Program-made: the position numbers and the translations under genes
Shown: piece by piece, positions 45,854 to 60,012 of the stretch
Position numbering within the stretch: position 1 is the first letter of the stretch
Layout of the letters: each line of letters starts with the position of its first letter
The notes under the pieces: model-generated
Database searches by the model: none
What the model saw: only the letters and a program-made list of their open reading frames with translations
What the model was told of the DNA's origin: nothing
From: Carcharhinus amblyrhynchos
Lineage: Eukaryota
Assembly: GCA_965287045.1 (NCBI GenBank)
Contig: OZ336888.1
Coordinates: 24,304,001-24,368,000 of the forward strand
DNA: 64,000 bases
Reading direction: 5' to 3'

Positions 45854-47069
45854 CTCGCACAGTTCATCCACACGTTCAGAAGGAAGAGATTGAGGTCTTT
45901 GAACTCCAAAGCTCAAACTATCCAAGAATGTGTGACTTTGATATTTCTGCAGTCCATACATCAGCTCAGATATTCCTACCCCGGTGGGATCATTTATAGA
46001 GATATTTGGGTTTCCACGTAGTGACTCATACTCCACAAGCAAATAAGAGCAGACCTTCAAGTTAGTGACAACAATTGACAGTCCACACCAGAGGCTGTAC
46101 TGCAGGGCTCGTTATAAAGAGTATACTTATGGAGCAGCAGCAGAAATGTGCAATGCACAGGCAGATGTTTCAAACATGCGATTGCAGAGACAGGGGAGGA
46201 GGAGAAACCTGCCTCAAGAGCAAGTAGGATGCTGTCACAGGTCATTGCAGATGTCTTCTTCCATCAATAGAGTGACCATCTGCATGGAGCATCAAACATG
46301 ACAATCAAGCAAGTACCTGCAGACCTCCAGCGAGGGCTTGCGGACTTTGGATACCACCTTAAATTAGATGAACGATAACCTATCTTTAGTGCCTGGGTGC
46401 CTCAAATATTTGCATCAAAGTGTCCTCCAGCACAGTGGGAGAAAGAAAATGCAGCTGTGTTATGAGATTGACAATGGTAAAAGGGGAGTCATTTCAAAGG
46501 GATTCTACTTCGTACCCATTGCCCCTGCCTGAACTGCACTACTCTCCCACTCCCCGGATCCCCTGCAGACAGTGCCTCACATGCTGCCTAATGTTCTTAC
46601 GGCTGAATCTATCCAGGCACAGGTATAGCTGGAGCAGTCTTTGCCTTGAAAACCCAGAGGATGTCAACCAAGAGCAGCTCAGTAGTCAGAGCAGAGACGT
46701 ATTTCTGCTGTAGCCACAGGGGTTACGCTATGTAGAAGCTCCAGAAAAACAAAGGGTAAAAGTCTCTAGTTGCACAAGACTATGCACATGGGGGTCTTCC
46801 ACTTTTTGTACAGCTAATTCTCATTTGTTCATTTGAGGCATGTCACTGTGCACCACTTTCCTACTCTTGATTATTGCTTGGCAAGTGGCCTTTCCATGAT
46901 GATGCATGCCAATCCTGGATTGATGGTAACCCATGGGAGGATGGGAAAAGGACTTTGGTGACTTGCAGGAGCATTTTATGCTGGGGACATTGGTGGGGGT
47001 GAGGAGGGCTTGCATTGCCAAAGGTTGCTTTTGCATAACGCGGTGAGATGGGTGAACTGGTGGAACCAA

Positions 47070-48060
47070 AGTGAATCTCGCTGTAATCAGGGAGCAGCAA
47101 TGTGTGCTACCAGTGGTGCATCACCCTCAACATTTTCTGCCTCCTCATTTTCTTCTCCTTCTGAAGAGATTCTGAGCCTTGTTCCTCCTGGAAGTCCAAA
47201 TGTCACCACTGGACAATATTATGCAGAGTGCAGCAAACCTCAGCTATTCTGCGTGTGTGAAAGGTTCCTCCAGATGTATCCAAGCGCTAGCACGCCAATG
47301 GGTTACACAATGACACAACTGGTCGATGTACGGAATTCACTCTTAGGCTTCATTTCTCGGGTTTCAGAGAAGTATAATCACATTTTAAATGAATATTCCT
47401 TATCTTCCAACAGCCAGACAGTAATTCTGCTTCCAGGTACAAGGATGTCTAGGAGGGTGGAGTGCCACAGGATGAAAGAGTGCCATGACTGCTGCCTCGG
47501 AATCTTGCATGCTTGTACAAAGGGCTCTTTGTGGTTTAATTCCAGCTGCACAATGATGGAATGGAAGCACTTGCAATTGAGGACCACTCCTGGGTGATCT
47601 ATGGGTGTTTTAATTGCCATGTGTATGCAATCAATGATGCCCTCCACCCATGGCAAACCAGCAGAGCTCCAGACATGCTAACCTGTTTTATGCATTTGCA
47701 GGCTGCTGACTGTGATGCCGTAAATGTCTCCATCAATACCCTGGAAGGATCCCGAAGCAAAAGAAATTGAGGATGGGGCTGACTTTAGCAGCCATTGGTA
47801 CAGTACGGTCCTCAGAATCAATTGGCAACAGGTCTTGTTCCAGGAGACTGAAAATATCCATCACCAGCTCATGGGAGAGCCTGAGCCTTCTGAGACATTA
47901 GTATTCAGAGAGGTCGGGTACCTCTGCCTGTAGCCCCTGTGTGTTATGTATGGCCTCATGCGAGCTACACCTCTCTGCTGCCCCCCTCTCCCCTCTGAAG
48001 CTGCTGGCCTCCGAGCTGCTGCTGGCGCTGGCCCTGTCTCTGGTCACTTTGTTCCTCATC
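47070..48060 (-). pseudogene. Harbinger (HARBI1-like) DDE transposase remnant
   Basis: PWVEGIIDCIHMAIKTP..NCKCFHSIIVQL..HSFIL..WLLEDKEY matches the GxIDCTH..NRKGFHSxNVQ..HDS..LLGDxGY signature. Confidence 0.88.
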
Positions 48061-48427
48061 TGATGTTCAATAAGAAGCAATATAAGTGAGTTGTGCTGAT
48101 CTGATAAATCAAAGCTCCAAAGCGAAGATCAAGTCTGCAAACCACCAAAGTGGAGATGACTTCCTCAAAGTGTGTAAAGGAACCTGTCAGCACACATGCT
48201 GTGAACAAACCTTTCCTCACTGGTGGGTAATAAAGCAGCTGTCAGTACTGAGGATTTCTTGGCATATTTCTCTGATAGCATTTCAACCTCCTAAATTGCC
48301 ACAGCTCTTGCTTCCATTGATGAGTCACGGGAAGCCTCAGAAAAGCGTGGATCCGAAACTAAAGTTAAAAACTCTTGAATCACTCTGCCTGAGCAATTCC
48401 CATACATGAAATGATACCCCTCCCAAT

Positions 48428-48765
48428 GAATCATAGAACCCTACAGTGCAGAAAGAGGCCATTTGGCCCATCGAGTCTGCACTGACCACAATCCCACCCA
48501 GGCCCTACCCCCATATCCCTACATATTTTACCCACCAATCTCTCTAACCTAAGCATCCTAGTACACTAAGGGACAATTTTTTAACATGGCCAATCAACCA
48601 AACTCGCACATCTTTGGACTGTGGGAGGAAACCGGAGCACCCGGAGGAAACCTACGCGAGGAGAATGTGCAAACTCCACACAGGCAGTGACCCGAGCCGG
48701 GAATCGAACCCAGGTCCCTGGGGCTGTGAAGCAACAAGTGCTAACTATTGTGGTATGGTGCCGTC
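48428..48765 (-). mobile_element. HE1/V-SINE type A
   Basis: Reverse copy. Confidence 0.88.
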
Positions 48766-48998
48766 ATGTGAAACTGTTCACGTGCAGCCGAATGTGCTAC
48801 GATGAAACTTTGGAAGTTGACACTGCTTCCCAATGCTCTTGTCAATTTTGCCTGTTCTCCATCACCCACTATCAAATCCATCTCTTGCAAATCATTAAAA
48901 TCCAGCCCATTAATCCATCATTACAGATCTTCGCAATTTGTCAGTCTGAATTCTGAATTCTGCCTTCTTTGGCAGTTTCCTTTTAGTTCTATTAGGAA

Positions 48999-49345
48999 TG
49001 GGCAGCACAGTGGCACAGTGGTTAGTACTGCCGCCTCACAACGCCAGGAACCTGCTGGCGTTGTGAGGCAGCAGTTCAATTCCGGCATCAGGTCACTGTT
49101 TGTGTGAACTTTGCATGTTCTCCCCGTGTCTACATGAGTTTCTTCCGGGTGCTCTGGTTTCCTCCCGCAGTCCAAAGATGCGTAGGTTTAGTGGATTGGC
49201 TATGCTAAATTGTTCCTGAGCATCAGGGGGATGAGCAGCATAAATACATGGGGTCACGGGGGATTGAGCCTGGGTAGGATTATGTTCGGTGCAGACTTGA
49301 TGGGCTGAATGGTCTCCTTCTGCACTGTAGAGATTTCTGTGATTC
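48999..49345 (+). mobile_element. HE1/V-SINE type A with an internal fold-back
   Basis: Forward copy; inverted 21-bp duplication in the head. Confidence 0.88.
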
Positions 49346-50552
49346 AATTTAGCTCATTATATCAGATCTGCAATTTCCTAACCTCTAGCAACTTGAATTT
49401 GTTTAGAAGAAATCGAGGATCATGTGAAAAGATACATAGAAAAATAGAAGTTCAATAACATCTGGACAGCATGTTCAGCTTTAGCAATATACATCAATTT
49501 TACTTTAATTACTGTTTTAAAATTGAAGATATTAGCGAGTGGTAAAACCTCAATAGAATTGGCTTTCTTCATTTACACTAAACACCAATTATTCCTTGGG
49601 ACTTTGAATCAATTACCACAATTTAAGCAATTAACCGAAATCTGTAATTTTTTAATACTTAGGTCTTGTAAAACATCTCACCATTTTCATAGCCTTGCAA
49701 TGTAAACTCTACTTTCAATAGTTATGATGTTATTAAGCATACTAAATCATTTACAACTTTAGAAAGACAACCTATTCTATATATAATATTGACCTGAAGT
49801 ATGCATGACTTTGTTGATGGAAAGCATTTGAGAATGCAACTACCCTCTAGCCATTACAATACTGAGCAACAATCCTGATGTGTAATATTTGGTGAAGATG
49901 ATGTCAATGAAACTCTGGAAAATAATTTGGCAAAATAATGATCGGCTGCTTTGAAAAAGCAAGTGTTCTAAATAACCTGTGTTGAATGTTAATTTGAATC
50001 TGTTTGGAATTCTCCTATTTGTAGCTCTTCACTGAAGGAGATAATGGATGGTCCATGATGACATTATATTCACAGCATTGAGACAAGGGCATACAAAGCT
50101 GATTTTACGCACATCAAGGTCACAACTTCTCATCTCTTTCCTTCCACATGAACACTCCAACTGCGGGAACTGTGCAGTAATTTATGAACCGTCCAATTGT
50201 TTATCTGATGGATCTTCTTGGCTTTTTCTGCAAGAATAAGTGAAAGCTGTTGTCGGGTATAACAGGATCAATGTGATTTTATCTTTGGCAGTTGTGTAAG
50301 TTGTGTTATTCTACCCAATGCCATCAGATTTGAAACTAAGGGGATTATACATACACATTAACAGGATCTGCCATATGGGATTTCCATTGAGTCTGTCATT
50401 AGGAGAATTTTGCACAGACTCACTTTGCTATAACTTTAAAGTGGAATCAAGGACTTAGATCTAAATGTGTCAGAGACTTCATGCAGTCTGGTACATTGGT
50501 CAAAATAGAACTGAAAGGAGGTAATAAGCTTAGTTTATTTTCCCTTCCAATA

Positions 50553-50902
50553 TGGGTGGCACAGTGGCTAGCACTGCTGCCTCACAGCGCCAGGGACCTG
50601 GGTTCAATTCTGGCCTACAGTCATCGTCTGTGTGGAATTTGCACATTCTCCCCATGTCTGCATGGGTTTCCTCTAGGTGCTCTGGTTTCCTCCCACAGTC
50701 CAAAGATGTGCAGATTAGGTACATTGACCATGCTAAATTGCCCTTAGAGTCCAAAGATGTGTAGGTTAGGAGGATTAGCAGGGTAAATATGTGGGGTACT
50801 GAGGATAGGGTGCTCCTCAGTGTGATGCTGTTGTTGGAGAGTCAGTGCAAGTTTGATGGGCTGAATGGCCTCCTTCTGCACTGTAGGAATTCAATGATTC
50901 TA
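50553..50902 (+). mobile_element. HE1/V-SINE type A
   Basis: Complete copy. Confidence 0.9.
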
Positions 50903-51760
50903 ACATCCAACATTTTGATGGCTTAAGTGAGATTATCAATTCGGACCAAGTAACAAATAATTTTTCTCACGGTAAAGTTACAGTTTAAGCAGCTAATACT
51001 TCATTAAATGATACCAGTTATGCAAATGAGCATTGGCTTAGCATGTGATACCAAAGTTATAAGTTACAAGACTTGTGGTGTGGTGGCACCATTCCCTGCC
51101 TCTGGGTCAGAAGCTCTGGGTTTGTGTCCAAGGCCAGCACGTGCTAGCCACAGAAGGAGCATTCATGATATGAATCAGCCAGGAACCCTGCCATCACATC
51201 CCAAGTATTCCCCGAAGGGGAAACAAATGTGAAGACATGCTTGAAAAAAAATTATATAAAGCCTTGGTGAGACATCCCAAGTACTGTATTCAGTTCAGAG
51301 CTCTCAGCTCAGGCAGGAAGGGTATATTGGCCTTGGGTGAGCTGTGGTACAAATTAATCTGAATGATCTGGGATTTTAAAGTGTTATATGAAAAATTAGG
51401 TTAAAGAAACTCAAAGAAGATTGATGGGGAAATCCAGAACACTGGGTGCATAATCTCAAAACTAACACTAGTATATTCAGGACCAAAATCAGGAAGCATT
51501 GTTTTTGTATGAAAGGGTGGCATTCTGAAATCTACCCTCAAAAAACTGGATGTTGGGTTAATAATGCTTTAATAGCTGAAATTTGTCAATTTTTAAGGAT
51601 GCTGAAATATAAGACAGGAGATTGTAGGTTGAGGTACAAATCAGCCACAATTTGATTCTTGTTCCCTAAGGAATCATATGCAGCATCACTGCCAGGGAAT
51701 GATACTTTGGTTGTTAGTCAAGTTTCCTTTGACATTTTTTCATTACGGTTCCCCCCATTA

Positions 51761-52101
51761 GGTGGAGAGACTCTTCCCGCTCAAAAAAGACAGTAGGACT
51801 AGGGGGCACAGCCTCAAGATAAAGGGGAGGCGGTTTAGAACGGAGTTGAGGAGGAACTTCTTCACTCAAAGGGTGGTGAATCTCTGGAATTCTCTGCCCG
51901 TTGAAGTGGTGGAGGCTGCCTCGCTAAATATTTTTAAGAAGCGGGTTGATGGGTTCTTGATAAGAGAGGGGATTAAGGGTTATGGGGAGAGGGCGGGAAA
52001 GTGGAACTGAGCCACAACAGATCAGCCATGATCTTATTGAATGGCGGGGCAGGCTCGAAGGGCTAGATGGCCTACTCCTGCTCCTATTTCTTATGTTCTT
52101 A
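51761..52101 (+). mobile_element. Young CR1/HER1 3' fragment
   Basis: ORF 51762..52010 ending GKWN*, plus tail. Confidence 0.93.
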
Positions 52102-53784
52102 TTAGGGTCTGTTATCCACTCTCATCTGTGTTCAATTTATTGATTTTTATAGAATTATTTTTAAAGAGATTATAAGGGAACACAATCTTGCTTTAAAAGA
52201 AGCACCTTTCTAGTAGTCTGACAATTTAAAGGGCAAGCCAAACTTCACCAGCCTCTGACTTATACCACCCGATGGAACGTTTTATTGCTGTCAAAAAGAA
52301 AAGCACCTGCCAAAATGCAGTTTACATACAGTAACACCAAGCGATTCGCCTGCCATGCTCACCCAAAATCTTATCTGATTTGGCCTCCACGCCCACAACT
52401 GTTTTAGCAGAGCTCCTATGGTTGAGCTGCAAGGCAGGGTTGAAGCGCTTGGATCCCCGGTTTACATCAAATTGCGAGAATTTGTTTTTTTGTGGAATGC
52501 GGAACTTTGCATGGTCCACCCTATGCCTTCTACAATTCCCGGGACAATTCCCCCCTTTAAACGTAGCACCAATATCTATTGATACTAGTTCTGCCAATTA
52601 GCCACAGAATATGACTTGCATATTTGTGGTACGCATGCAAGATTTGTTTCACAGTAGAAACTAGTATATGGGGTGATACGGAACCACGCAGCTCAAGCAG
52701 GTACAAACTTGATGCAGGGTTATGCTCAAATTAGCTGATGCGAACGAAGTTAAAGGAGATTGATAATTGGTTTAATGCAGTCTAAACTTGGAAAGCGGCC
52801 ACTTTCCATCTCTTATCACTGAGGATTCATGCTGCTAAAGAAATCATAGACTTTTCTCCCCTGAAATGCTCCGACTTTAGGTGGGGTACAAGATGGGCTG
52901 CGCAATTATAGTGCAACAATTGACATTAAATTCTACACAATCGATAAATTGGCTGAATGGGAAATGTGCAATTAGCAATACTCCCCCATAGTTCTTCCAC
53001 CCACCTGCCCAGTTATATGGCACATATAAAGAGAATCAAAAAGAATTCACTATTTGCTGAAATTGGATGTACAAGTTTGAAACTACTTTGTGGAAATCTA
53101 ATGAAAACAGCAATGTTGTCAACATGCTTTGCCTGCAACAGCACCACCTATAGACTGCAAGCACGAAGTTTTTTTTGCGAGTGATTAATCATTATGGGAG
53201 CATTTGATAAAGTCAACTTGAAATCAGTTTAAGGCCAAATCAGTTGTATTTTTAATCTACCGGGTTAGAACCAGAGAAATCCAAAGTCTTCCTACTGTTA
53301 GTGACAGTGCATTTAGGGGATTATACTAATTTCTGCTCTTCAACTCAATGTAAGCAAATTCAGATCTTATCTGGCTTCCACGCCCACAACTATTTTAGCA
53401 GATCTCCCCTGGTTGAATTACAAGACAGGATTGTAGTGCTTGGATCGCTGGTTTACATCAAATTGAGGATTTTTGTTTTGTGTGTAATGCTGGCAGTCAC
53501 TGGGTAAAATGTAATCTTGGGTTTCTAAAAGAGGTGCAAAATATTAAGAATAAATATTAGAAATATTAAGTCTTGAAAATTATCCTAAATTACTAAAGAA
53601 ACCACAAGGTACATACCAAAGCTCTAGGAAGGTTAAGACTGTTGGCTTTCTCCACCTGCTGTTAGGTGTACACACATTAGCAGTGATAACATGCATGTTT
53701 GGAATGGTGCACTTGTAAATAAGTAAACTTGGGTGGAAAAGGCTCTGAGAACACCACACCTTCATTCATTATTCATTGACACAA

Positions 53785-55081
53785 GCTTATGTACAAAAAG
53801 TGAACTTTAATTGAAATGCTTGTATAAAAAAATATGTTCTCCATCCATCATTTATTTCACACAGTTAAACTGGAAAAAAAACTCCCAAATCTAAGCTGCA
53901 TAAATGCAACTAGATCTAGTGCACAAAACACAGCTATTGAAATAAATTAAAAAAGGTCGACTGCCACTCTACCTTCCTAAGCCAATGATGGAGACTGTAC
54001 AACTTCAATAATTTAAAACCTTTCAAACAGTATTACTTTACACTTCTAATACAAACAGCCATGAAGTATCTTGGTTAAATACCAAGTTGGAGGAAAATAA
54101 AATCCATCTATTGCCCTTTGAAAAGGACAGCTTTTGGACACAAGCTTCCATTCACCTTCCACTAGCATGACACATCCACTGAAACCTGCACAGTATTTCA
54201 AAAATGCAGAAAAAAAACAGGAATGCAGAAATATATCAGAGACTAACCAAACTGGCATCATGAAAGCAGAACAAGTGTTGGAAATTTTCTAAAATAAATT
54301 AAACAAATAAATAGCCACATGAAATTTGTGGGCAGTCTAACTTTTTCAGAATACAAATAAATAAAAACCAGATTATAATACATAATGGAACAATTTACAT
54401 TTCATACAATATACAGTCTTGAAAGTGTCCTTGAATTGCATTGATTGTGCATACAACCAAGCCCCGACATGCCTCGGCCACATACAAATAAAACTCGCAG
54501 GTTCATGGAAGAGGAGAGCGAGAGACACTCAAGAGGGTCTTCTGCCTAGTGGTTGCGATGACTGGAAAAAAAAATTAAAAAAGGGAAAACCAAGACTGCT
54601 GACAGACAGGAGTTCTTGACATCCCCGTACACACCTTTTTGTAGTTGTGCAGGCTGAAGGATTCCGAGCAGCAAAGATAGAAGGGGAACAGAAGGTGTTC
54701 AAGTATTCCATCACCAGTGAATTAAGCAGCTTTCAAAAGGCACTCAGAAAGCAAAGAACATTTAGTCCAGGCTCTATGAGAGCAGAGTTTGCATTGTTTT
54801 GGAGGTCACTTTTTGCTAAAAAATAAAGATCAGTCACTGCCAAGTACCGGCCTGCTTTACCCAAACCCTTAACATTCCCAAAAAAATGAAATAATTGGTT
54901 CAGAACAGTAACCAGCAGTTCCCCCCCCCCCCACCCTTCACCTCCCCCCACCCCCCCGGCCCCAAAGGACTGGATGTGAAATCAACTATCACCCCCCCCC
55001 CCCTTCTACATCAAGCTGGTGGCACCACCACAGGGTCCTTTAGTGTATAGCTCCCCTCCTGCTGCGAGGCATTTTGATCAT
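53785..55081 (-). other. PIM3: PIM3 3'UTR (~1.3 kb) with AU-rich elements
   Basis: Repeat-free and AU-rich; UAUUUAUU clusters at 54291-54313 and 54355-54367; ends after ATTAAA. Confidence 0.75.
53806..53811 (-). terminator. Probable PIM3 polyadenylation signal ATTAAA
   Basis: Minus strand reads TTTCA-ATTAAA-GTTCACTTTTTGTACATAAG, followed by GT-rich sequence. Confidence 0.65.
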
Positions 55082-58478
<3,397 letters not shown>

Positions 58479-59179
58479 CGCAAAGTGGAATCCCCGCCGT
58501 CCAAATCTTTAAAAAGATAAAGCTTTTTTTTGGGGGGGCGGGGGGGTAGGTGGGGAAAAAGGCGAGATGGTGATTCCTCCCAAAAAAGTGCGAGAATGGG
58601 GAAAAAAATGACACTAAATTGAGAATGAAGGAAGATGTTCAGTAACTCCAAGTCCAGCAAAATGAACGCGATGTTGCTTGCAAGGCGAGTAAATCCCAAT
58701 TTAGAGAACGGTGCGTGTCTGCTCCTTGGGTCTCTCCTCTCTCTATATATACACACACACACTCTTGTGTGTGTGTGTGTGTGTGTGTTTATACGCTGTG
58801 CCGCTCCCTGGATTGCAGCTTAATACAAGTCAGAAGCTGCTCCTGATCTCTCTCTCCCTCCCTCTCTCTCTTACTGCCTTTTCTAATCTAAATGAGGACA
58901 AACCAACTTCTCAACTCCTATAGAGAAAAGCGGCAGAGGCGGATAGCGGGCACTAGAGGAATCAATCCGCCCCTTTTAACAACCACCCCCCTCCCTCAAT
59001 GCAATAATCTAAAAACCCTGGAGGCAGCACCCAGCCTCCAGCAGCGAATGCACTTGCTCTTCTCTCTCTCTCCTCCGCTCTGGCTGGGCGGGCTGCTGTG
59101 GGGGTGCAGAGGAGAGGGCAGCAATCAGCAGAGAACTACTTTCCATAGTACGAGACGCTGTGAGGTACATGTCTGAAAG

Positions 59180-59410
59180 CGCTGTGCTGCGGCTCCCCCC
59201 CTCGCTCGCGGCGCTGAATCTAAATGGACGGTGGGCGGAGGGAGAGGGGCGGGAGAGAGCCGGCTCATTTGCATAGCGCGGGGATCCCGTCCAATCAGAG
59301 CCACCCAATGGTGGGGAGGGGGGCCCGCTTGACGGGAGGGCCAATGGGGAGGCGCGGCGGGCCGGGCCAGTCTGAAACAGCCAGAGCTGCTGGCGGGAAA
59401 GGCAGGCAGC
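59180..59410 (-). promoter_or_regulatory. PIM3 proximal promoter / CpG island
   Basis: CpG-dense; GC boxes at 59232-59240 and 59246-59253; octamer ATTTGCAT at 59267-59274; three CCAAT boxes (59291, 59305, 59341); E2F-like TGGCGGGAAA at 59391-59400. Confidence 0.8.
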
Positions 59411-59464
59411 TGTATTCACACTGCTCTGCAACTGGCTACACCAGGACAGCGGCACTCATGGATC

Positions 59465-60012
59465 ACATTATTGATACTCCCAATATTTTATTATTGATAT
59501 TAAAAATGTATTATTATTGATATTTCCAATATATTGTTATTGACATCCCCAATATGTTATTACTAATATTTCTCAATGTATTACTGATATTCCCAATGTA
59601 TTATTGATATTCCCAACGTATTATTACTGATATTCCCAATGTATTATTGATACTCCCAAATGTATTACTGATATTCCCAATGTATTGTTGATATTCCCAT
59701 TGTTTTATCATTGATTAGCCAATGTATGTTTTCATATTCCCAATATATTACTGATACTCCCTATGTATTACTGATATTCTCAATGTATTATTGATATTCC
59801 CAATATGTTTTGATATTCCCAATATATTTTTGATACTGTCAGTGTATTAATATTTCCATGCATTATCGATACTCCCTACGTATTATTGCTACAATGTATT
59901 ATCGATACTTCCAACATATTATTGATCCTCCTACGTATTATTATTACTTCCTATGTATTATTATTGATACTCCCTATGTATTGTTATAGATATTCCCAAT
60001 GTATTATTATTT
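59465..60012. repeat. AT-rich minisatellite, ~19-22 bp unit (TATTATTGATATTCCCAATG-like)
   Basis: Roughly 25 degenerate tandem copies, visible directly. Confidence 0.92.

Larger units (their letters stand above)
44003..48420. mobile_element. Fossil PIF/Harbinger element (~4.4 kb including nested inserts)
   Basis: Contains the transposase on minus; candidate imperfect TIRs GGGTTGAATTTCA (44003) and TGAAATGATACCC (~48407-48419). Boundaries tentative. Confidence 0.5.

Noticed and set aside
47010-47597. 195-aa plus-strand ORF
   Set aside because: Antisense to the Harbinger transposase remnant, with no recognisable domain.
1-53700. Coding exons of a neighbouring host gene
   Set aside because: No ORF or splice-bounded segment outside repeats gave a recognisable protein; small exons could still be missed by eye.
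58479-58520. N-terminally extended non-AUG isoform like PIM1-L
   Set aside because: An in-frame TAA at 58511-58509 lies 11 codons upstream of the ATG, with no in-frame CTG in between.
59465-60012. CRISPR-like array
   Set aside because: Degenerate contiguous tandem units without unique spacers, in a vertebrate context with no cas genes.
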